64,000 bases of DNA from Sphingobacteriales bacterium (GTDB taxonomy: Bacteria; Bacteroidota; Bacteroidia; Chitinophagales; JADIYW01): assembly GCA_016719635.1 (NCBI GenBank), contig JADJYT010000003.1, positions 223,425 through 287,424 of the forward strand, written 5' to 3'. Position numbers and translations under genes: made by a program. How positions within the stretch are numbered: the stretch's first letter is position 1; the number at the start of each line of letters is the position of its first letter. Positions 57,759-64,000 of this stretch are shown piece after piece. The notes beneath the pieces are model-generated. The model was not told the origin of the DNA. It made no database searches and saw only the letters and a program-made list of their open reading frames with translations.

Positions 57759-58184
57759 ACGGTATTGTTTTATTTTTTTAGTTAACTGTTATTGAATTTA
57801 TATGCAGGTTGCCGGCTGAATGATTCGGGTCGAACCGGCTAATTTTCGGATTTTCAGGTGCCAAAGTTTCCGTTTCACGGCAGTTAATCTCCTCTGTACA
57901 CCTCTTTTTGTAAATTTCACACATACGCCCTTGCTTAATTTTCTTAGACAAAAAATAGGTATAGACTGCGCCAAAGGGTACCTAAAATAAGGTATCTTCG
58001 CGCATTTTCATTAAAAAACCGGTATTTATTACTTGCATTTTAAATCTATTCCCCGTTTAATATTAACAATATTTTACACAAATCTCACACAGGGGTAACA
58101 TATTTTTTTAAAATTTAACAAATTAAGTACAGACCATTATTAGTCGATAATTATGCATTAAATTTTAATTTGTGTCGATGGGAA

Positions 58185-60221
58185 TCAGTTGGGCAACTTA
58201 TTGGGAAGTTCATTCATTTTACCGTGCAGCTTGTAGTAATATTCCAGGTTGCTGATCAGCACATCGCTTTTAAACCCTTTGGAAAGGGCAATTTCATAGT
58301 TCCGGACAGCCAGGACGGTATCTTTCATGTTCAGATAAGCATCCCCTTTATTGACGAAACCGTCAATCCAGTGATTTCTGATGGCAATATCTGCGAGCGG
58401 AATAATGGCATCATAGCGGTGTGTCTGCAGGAGGATGTCTATGATCTTTCCATACAGAATTTCATTCAGGGTATATTTATAAAAGGCCGGATAAAAGTAT
58501 TGTAAGGCCTTTTCATTGTCCGGCTTGTCAAAATAATAAATATTCCCCATCAGCTCCTGTGCGTTGATGTACGTAAATTTCTGCAAGGTATCTACCCTGC
58601 CCCAGCATGCCAGCGCACTGTCCGTATTATTCAAATACGATCGGTATACTTTGCCCAGGGCGATCCAGGCGTCATTACATTTCGGATATACTGCCACCGC
58701 TTTCTCGAAATAGGATTTCGCCCTGTATATTTCGGCTTTTTTATCTGGAATAATCTCTCCTTCCTTACCCAGCTCTTTCATGATATGACTGCCCATCATA
58801 AAATTGGCTCTGGCAGATTTTGTCAGGTAAGTTATATCATGTTCGAAAAGGGTTGTCTTATCATACCATTGTGTATTCCTGTTTAAGGTCATCAGTCCGT
58901 ATGGAACAAACAGGGGTATCAACAACAGCCCGGTTAACTTAACGGGAGTCAAATCCCGCTGCGTAAAAAAATATTTTTTCAGCAGCACAGCGAGCTGATA
59001 CAACCCTATCGCAAGGAGCACACAGAAACCGGCCGATGCCTGGTAGATCAGACGCTCACCCACTATCCCGGTAATCGACGGCGCAGGCTTTATATTGGAG
59101 AAGAATGCAATATTGATTCCAAATACCATCAGCCATAATGAAAAATACAGGTTTTTCCGCTTATGGATATTAAATACGATTACGGCCAACACTACTGAGA
59201 TGAGGAGCAGGCCCGCATAAGGGTAGAAACTGTCCCAGCCCCTGTCCGGCAGCATATCGTATCCATAGTAATATCGCAGCGGGAATGGTATGAGCAGCTT
59301 GCTAATATAAAAGAATATGGTCTGCATGCCATTGGGAATATTGTGACCGGCAGCATAAAAAGCCGTTGGAGTCGTTTCAAACTTATACCCGATATCGCTC
59401 CGCAAGACGGATGTACTCATCCATATAAAAGTGAAAAAGGGTATGGCTATTCCTATCAGCAGCCATAAGCCGGATTTTTGAAAAAATATCTTTTGGATGG
59501 CATCTTTGGAAAACACATCTCCCTGCAAATTCATTATCCGGTAAAAAAGCAGCAATATGAATGACACCGGAATGACCATGAAGGCAGTTTCCTTAGCCAG
59601 GTTTGCCAAAAGCATAAAACCGGCTATCAGAAAAAGATATCGCCAGTTTTGTGTTTCCAGCAGTTTTAATGTATTGAACAAGGCGGCAATGGCAAATGTA
59701 AAACATAAGATCTCCTCCCTGTTCTTGATGCTGCACACCACTTCCGTGTGTATCGGATGAATGATAAACAACAATACCGCTCCGTATAGGACCGCTTCAT
59801 TCTTATAACCAAACAGCGATGCTGTCTTTTTCAAAAAAAGCAGCAGTAAAAAAACATTGAGTGCAAACAGCAGCACATTAATAAAATGGCTGTAATGCGG
59901 GTTATTTCCCCACAAACTGTATTCGATTGCCAGTGTTATCTTTCCCAATGGCCGATAACCATAAGTGACGCCGGGACCGTTGCTGTAATTGGTGGTCAGC
60001 AATTCGGGAATACCGCTGATTCCTTTCTTCGTCAACGGATTGCCTTCGTCTAAAGAAACGACATAACCGTCATCGAGGTTGTACTCATTCCGGATAGAAT
60101 TTCCGTAGGTGGCAAAAACCAGCAGCAAAATAATCAGCACTTCCCACCAGCTTCGTTGCAGGTTTATCGGAGAGGCGGACTTTGCCGGTATTGGGAGTTG
60201 TATTTTTTTTCTGGCGGACAT
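58185..60221 (-). CDS. polytopic membrane protein with a C-terminal TPR domain; GT-C-type (PMT/TMTC-like) glycosyltransferase architecture
   Basis: About 11 TM helices over aa 25-440, an acidic YNLDDGYVV motif after TM1 in the first predicted external loop, and C-terminal TPR-like repeats (...AWIALGKVYRS..., ...GDAYLNMKD...AVRNYEIAL). Confidence 0.55.
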   Translation of the reverse strand: MSARKKIQLPIPAKSASPINLQRSWWEVLIILLLVFATYGNSIRNEYNLDDGYVVSLDEGNPLTKKGISGIPELLTTNYSNGPGVTYGYRPLGKITLAIEYSLWGNNPHYSHFINVLLFALNVFLLLLFLKKTASLFGYKNEAVLYGAVLLFIIHPIHTEVVCSIKNREEILCFTFAIAALFNTLKLLETQNWRYLFLIAGFMLLANLAKETAFMVIPVSFILLLFYRIMNLQGDVFSKDAIQKIFFQKSGLWLLIGIAIPFFTFIWMSTSVLRSDIGYKFETTPTAFYAAGHNIPNGMQTIFFYISKLLIPFPLRYYYGYDMLPDRGWDSFYPYAGLLLISVVLAVIVFNIHKRKNLYFSLWLMVFGINIAFFSNIKPAPSITGIVGERLIYQASAGFCVLLAIGLYQLAVLLKKYFFTQRDLTPVKLTGLLLIPLFVPYGLMTLNRNTQWYDKTTLFEHDITYLTKSARANFMMGSHIMKELGKEGEIIPDKKAEIYRAKSYFEKAVAVYPKCNDAWIALGKVYRSYLNNTDSALACWGRVDTLQKFTYINAQELMGNIYYFDKPDNEKALQYFYPAFYKYTLNEILYGKIIDILLQTHRYDAIIPLADIAIRNHWIDGFVNKGDAYLNMKDTVLAVRNYEIALSKGFKSDVLISNLEYYYKLHGKMNELPNKLPN

Positions 60222-60310
60222 ACTGTACCGTGCACTGTTTACAGGAACAACTACAAATGATGCCTGTAAAATACATCATTTAAATTATTAACCGATACAA
60301 TCTGCACATA

Positions 60311-60345
60311 AAAAACGTCCTGCAAGCTATGCTTCGCAGGACGTT
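60311..60345 (-). terminator. rho-independent terminator after the 1,100-aa T9SS cargo gene
   Basis: On the minus strand: aacgtcctgcgaagcatagcttgcaggacgtt followed by tttttat. Confidence 0.7.
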
Positions 60346-60414
60346 ACCAAAACTGTTTAAAACCACTAAAACAATTATTATGAACTGCAATACCACTACT
60401 GCAGCTTTGCGATC

Positions 60415-63400
60415 CTAATTCAATTTGACCAATTTCCGAATCTGTGTTCCCAGTTTGGTCTGCAACTGCACCATGTAGGTTCCTTTTGCGAGGCTGCCCA
60501 CTTCCAGCTGCAGGTTTGCATCTCCCTGTTCGATGTCGAAATTCATGTCTTTCACTTTTGAACCATCGAGGGTGTAGATGCTGATATTCACAGACATGGC
60601 CTCCACGCTGGAAATAATAACCGATGTCAGACTGCTGGCAGGATTCGGCATAAACTCGCTGATGGTCAGTTTCTCACCGCTGCTGATCTTAGCCTGCACT
60701 ATCCTGGAATGCGTATATTTTCCGTCAAGGTCAATCTGTTTCAGGCGGTAATAATAGATTACTCCCGGTTTTACAGACTCATCCTCATACAGATAGTTTC
60801 TGACGGTTCTTGAATTGCCGTTACCGGCCACTTCCCCGATTTTTTCAAATTTTACGCCATCGGTACTTCGCTCAATATCAAACCGAACATTATTCATTTC
60901 CGATGCCGTTGTCCAATCCAGGCGGATAGCGATATTCTTTACCGGTCTGGCTGTGAAAGCCGTCAGCTCTACCGGCAGGGCTTCATTCGACCAGAATGTC
61001 GGATACAGGTAGAAGGTAGAAGACTGTTCCACTTCGAAAGAGATCTGCCAGTAATCCCCCACCCTTGTAAATCTCGGGCTGATGACGACCGGATCCGGAG
61101 AAACCTTTGGAGGCATGAAACTGTCTGTCGTACTTGGATAGGCCACCAGAAACAGTTCCGGCGGATTTTCAAAATAGTAATAACCTCCGTTGTTCAGTGT
61201 CGCACCCTGCAGGGCCGCCACCTCTTCATCCGTAAAATACAGGTTGATGGTCATCGGTGCATCGTTGGTCGTATTGATGTTCCATGCTCTCGGCAAGTAT
61301 GGCTGCGGCAGATAGCCCACATCCAATATCCAGGAGTTTACAGACTGTACATCCCCAACGGCCGGGTCGCCGGCGACATTATAAGGCAACTGCGCACAGA
61401 ACGTGGTGGCTCCAATGGCCACTGCATCCGCACTGTCCGTCACGGATGAAAGCAACCTGCCATTTGCATCATAATAGCTGTAGGTCGTTCCGTTCTGTAT
61501 CGGACAGGACAGACAGAATTCATTGCTGTATTTTGACACTAAAGAAGTATCCACTGCCGGCGGTGTAATCAGCTGAACAGCAGTATCCTTACAGTCATGT
61601 GCATTTGTCACCACCCAAAGGATCGTACTTGTAGCACTGGTTCTGGAAAGTGCGCCCACCGTAGTCGATAAACTGGTTGGTGAAACGATACTGCCCGGGC
61701 CGTCGGAAACATACCATTGACCACTGGATGGCGTCGGATCTGTTGCGGTTATTGCAGCGATATAACCCGCCGCATCCGTACAGTTATATATGGTACTGCC
61801 CGCGCCCACCGTTTGCGGCTTCGTGACAGACCATTTTGAACTGATAGTTCTGGATATACAACCCTGTGCGCAGCTTCTGATTACCCTGACCACCACTGAA
61901 TCTGTCGCTCCCTGACCGACAACCGTGCCGGAGGTGTATGACTGCCATGCGCCATTGTCCATCTTCCAATCATAGGTTTCCGTACAGCTGACACCACCCC
62001 AGCCCGGAGTGATCGTTACAACGGTTCCTCTGCCGTAGCATAAAGGTTTTGCCGTAGCAAACGGCGATGCCATCTTAGGCATGATATCCACCGTAATCTT
62101 AACACAGGAGGTATCCCTGCACCCGAACTGATTTTCTGAAATCACCACATAGGTAGTGGTTGAATCCGGCATTACCACCTGGCTTACCGACGTGTAGAGT
62201 ATTGCTCCAGTAGGGACACAACCCGGCAGGGCAGCATCTTTCTTATACCATTTGGTATTGACCATATTGGTGGTAGGTGAAAAGGACACCGTACAGCTAT
62301 CCCCCTCACACAGGTAATTGGTGGTAGTGGTAGCTGTAAATTCCGGTTTGGGATTTACGGTTACCGTTGTATTATACGTATATTTACATCCCTCGCCTGC
62401 GGTAATCACCGCAGAGTAGGTGCCGGCCTTTACGGGAACGGCATCTACAATGGAAGGGTCTTCCACTGTAGAGGAATAGCCGTTCGGGCCTGTCCATACG
62501 TAAGTATATCCGGTACTTGGCGGTGTAAACTGAATACTGATGGTATCTCCCTGACAAACCGCATGGTTCGGAGAAACCAGTCCTTCACCGATCAGTCGTT
62601 TTGCCGGTATGAATAAACTGTTCAGAAACACACGCATACCATTGACATTGGACAACGAGGTGCCATCGTAGGAGTGCCCGCCCAGGTAAATCATGTTACC
62701 ACCCACCTTACTCACATCACCGAATTTACAGGCGGCAAACTGCACGACCGTGTCCAGTCCAGCATCTCCGGTCACATCTCTCATAAAGTATCCTCCGGGG
62801 TAGTAGGTGGCTGTCCAGCTAGAAGGAGCGACCGGCCTGAAGTTATATATTGATCCGCCGGTTTGCGTAAATGCGCCGTGAAACTGGCTGATAGGCATAT
62901 TCCAGTTGGCGTATGCCTGCGTGGTAACGCCTGCATTCACGTCCAGAATCCCCTGCGTGGTCAGATAGCGCTGCGCGCCGTAATTTTCTATGGCATCTAT
63001 CCCTTCACATTGCGCCAGGAAGTTACCACCTGAAAGTACAAAGGATTTTAAGTTGTTTAAACGGAGTGAATCCGAACTCTCGTAGTCTGATACCCCCCAG
63101 TGCGGTGTAGACGCAAAGGTAAAACAGGAAGCGGAGTCAATAATATACCCTTCATCCAGAATACGGTAACGGCTGGTATCTATCAATGCTCTTTTAAACA
63201 CGTCTTCATGAATATCGGCATTCCCCCCATCGTCGTATATTGCCATAAACGGCTTATGCACAACGGTATAACGGACATCCGCGTTGACCGTCTGATTGGT
63301 CTGGTAAACCTGAATATCACTGGTGGTACCGGTAATTTTATTATTGAATGCCTTCAAAACAGTTCTGGCTGCGGCTGTATCACTCGGTGAAATTACAAAC

Positions 63401-63771
63401 GGGCCGGAGCGGAAATGCGTCAGCACATAACTTCCCATTGTCGGCGTTATCTTACGGCAACGCACCGACATATCAATACTGTCTTTTGCCAGTTTAGCGG
63501 TTTTAATCACCCATTTTAAAGGTACGTTGTTCCACAGCAACTCTACGGCAAGGCCGTATGCCTTTACGTTCATGACACTGCTGACACCCTGCGTGGTGTT
63601 ATCCATGCCAATTATCCAGGAACCGCTTGGTATGGACTGAATGTTTGCAGTGGGCGGCGGCAAGTCATCGCCTTTCATGTTCAGTTGTCCCAACCATGTC
63701 ATCAGGAGCATGGTGAGCAACAGGGTTTTTAGATTCAACGTTTTCATTGTCTGTGGGGTTTTGGGTTTCAT
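60415..63771 (-). CDS. large secreted T9SS cargo protein (unknown N-terminal domain, Ig-like repeats, FN3-like domain, T9SS CTD)
   Basis: Signal-like MKTLNLKTLLLTMLLMTWLGQL. C-terminal ...FMPNPASSLTSVIISSVEAMSVNISIYTLDGSKV...LAKGTYMVQLQT...LVKLN* is a Por_Secre_tail. The track start at 63786 is a TTG; ATGs occur at 63771 and 63747. Confidence 0.8.
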   Translation of the reverse strand: MKPKTPQTMKTLNLKTLLLTMLLMTWLGQLNMKGDDLPPPTANIQSIPSGSWIIGMDNTTQGVSSVMNVKAYGLAVELLWNNVPLKWVIKTAKLAKDSIDMSVRCRKITPTMGSYVLTHFRSGPFVISPSDTAAARTVLKAFNNKITGTTSDIQVYQTNQTVNADVRYTVVHKPFMAIYDDGGNADIHEDVFKRALIDTSRYRILDEGYIIDSASCFTFASTPHWGVSDYESSDSLRLNNLKSFVLSGGNFLAQCEGIDAIENYGAQRYLTTQGILDVNAGVTTQAYANWNMPISQFHGAFTQTGGSIYNFRPVAPSSWTATYYPGGYFMRDVTGDAGLDTVVQFAACKFGDVSKVGGNMIYLGGHSYDGTSLSNVNGMRVFLNSLFIPAKRLIGEGLVSPNHAVCQGDTISIQFTPPSTGYTYVWTGPNGYSSTVEDPSIVDAVPVKAGTYSAVITAGEGCKYTYNTTVTVNPKPEFTATTTTNYLCEGDSCTVSFSPTTNMVNTKWYKKDAALPGCVPTGAILYTSVSQVVMPDSTTTYVVISENQFGCRDTSCVKITVDIMPKMASPFATAKPLCYGRGTVVTITPGWGGVSCTETYDWKMDNGAWQSYTSGTVVGQGATDSVVVRVIRSCAQGCISRTISSKWSVTKPQTVGAGSTIYNCTDAAGYIAAITATDPTPSSGQWYVSDGPGSIVSPTSLSTTVGALSRTSATSTILWVVTNAHDCKDTAVQLITPPAVDTSLVSKYSNEFCLSCPIQNGTTYSYYDANGRLLSSVTDSADAVAIGATTFCAQLPYNVAGDPAVGDVQSVNSWILDVGYLPQPYLPRAWNINTTNDAPMTINLYFTDEEVAALQGATLNNGGYYYFENPPELFLVAYPSTTDSFMPPKVSPDPVVISPRFTRVGDYWQISFEVEQSSTFYLYPTFWSNEALPVELTAFTARPVKNIAIRLDWTTASEMNNVRFDIERSTDGVKFEKIGEVAGNGNSRTVRNYLYEDESVKPGVIYYYRLKQIDLDGKYTHSRIVQAKISSGEKLTISEFMPNPASSLTSVIISSVEAMSVNISIYTLDGSKVKDMNFDIEQGDANLQLEVGSLAKGTYMVQLQTKLGTQIRKLVKLN

Positions 63772-64000
63772 GTAAATATTTTTCAAATTCTCTGATTTTA
63801 GAATTTAAAGCTGAAACAAAGGAAACACCCGGAAGAGATAGTCAGAAAGCAATTGAGCTGTCAATTGTTTTTCATCGAACTGCTGTTTTTAAAAATCAGC
63901 TGATACAGATACTATTCGTGGAAAAAAGGGTCATACGGTTTGTTTCTAGTCTTTAAATTGTTTACAAATTCAAGAGTCTTCAGTTAGGGTTTACAAAGCA

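Noticed and set aside
57759-58184. The 426-bp intergenic region upstream of the lipocalin/adhesin genes, examined for a riboswitch, small RNA or strong terminator.
   Set aside because: It contains only a weak 5-bp hairpin (gccgg...ccggc at about 57,811-57,837) and AT-rich sequence. I saw no conserved-looking structure and no exact TAnnTTTG box, so I could not support a call.

Overview
The window looks like a chromosomal segment from a Bacteroidota genome. The evidence is T9SS C-terminal sorting domains, TAnnTTTG-type -7 boxes, the absence of Shine-Dalgarno sequences and A/C-rich leaders. Most of it is housekeeping. It holds a histidine-utilisation cluster (hutH, hutU, hutI and a partial arginase-family gene at the left edge) with unrelated genes interleaved. 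It also holds tilS, etfBA, a TonB-dependent receptor, kup, osmC, fumC, a crotonase, a 14-gene nuo (complex I) operon, a Pif1-like helicase, tRNA-Asp, dapA and a GH5 hydrolase. The right-hand 20 kb is accessory cell-surface DNA. It contains one giant (~13 kb) T9SS-secreted repeat adhesin, which the ORF track splits into about 10 pieces. Next to it are a lipocalin-like protein, a polytopic membrane protein with C-terminal TPRs, and a second 1,100-aa T9SS cargo. The observations most worth a second look are: (1) a RAYT-type HUH transposase surrounded by four copies of a 28-nt GC-rich palindrome, one inside its own ORF, next to an orphan T9SS sorting-domain fragment; (2) the adhesin architecture, with 16 near-identical 237-bp tandem units, a duplicated 1.25-kb module in which a lamin-tail domain sits inside a repeat unit, and 13 HYR-like units; (3) ten 1-2 nt frame-breaking deletions, nine of them in the near-identical array; (4) two homopolymer-run tracts (22.8-23.4 kb and 33.89-34.07 kb) unlike the rest of the window; (5) a nuoA that lacks its conserved core but keeps its C-terminus in another frame; (6) an OmpA/MotB-like lipoprotein and an 80-codon membrane ORF embedded in the nuo operon. 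Items 3-5 together suggest local consensus or assembly problems rather than biology, and this should be settled with reads before any biological interpretation. I found no CRISPR array, recognisable defence system, prophage or rRNA.
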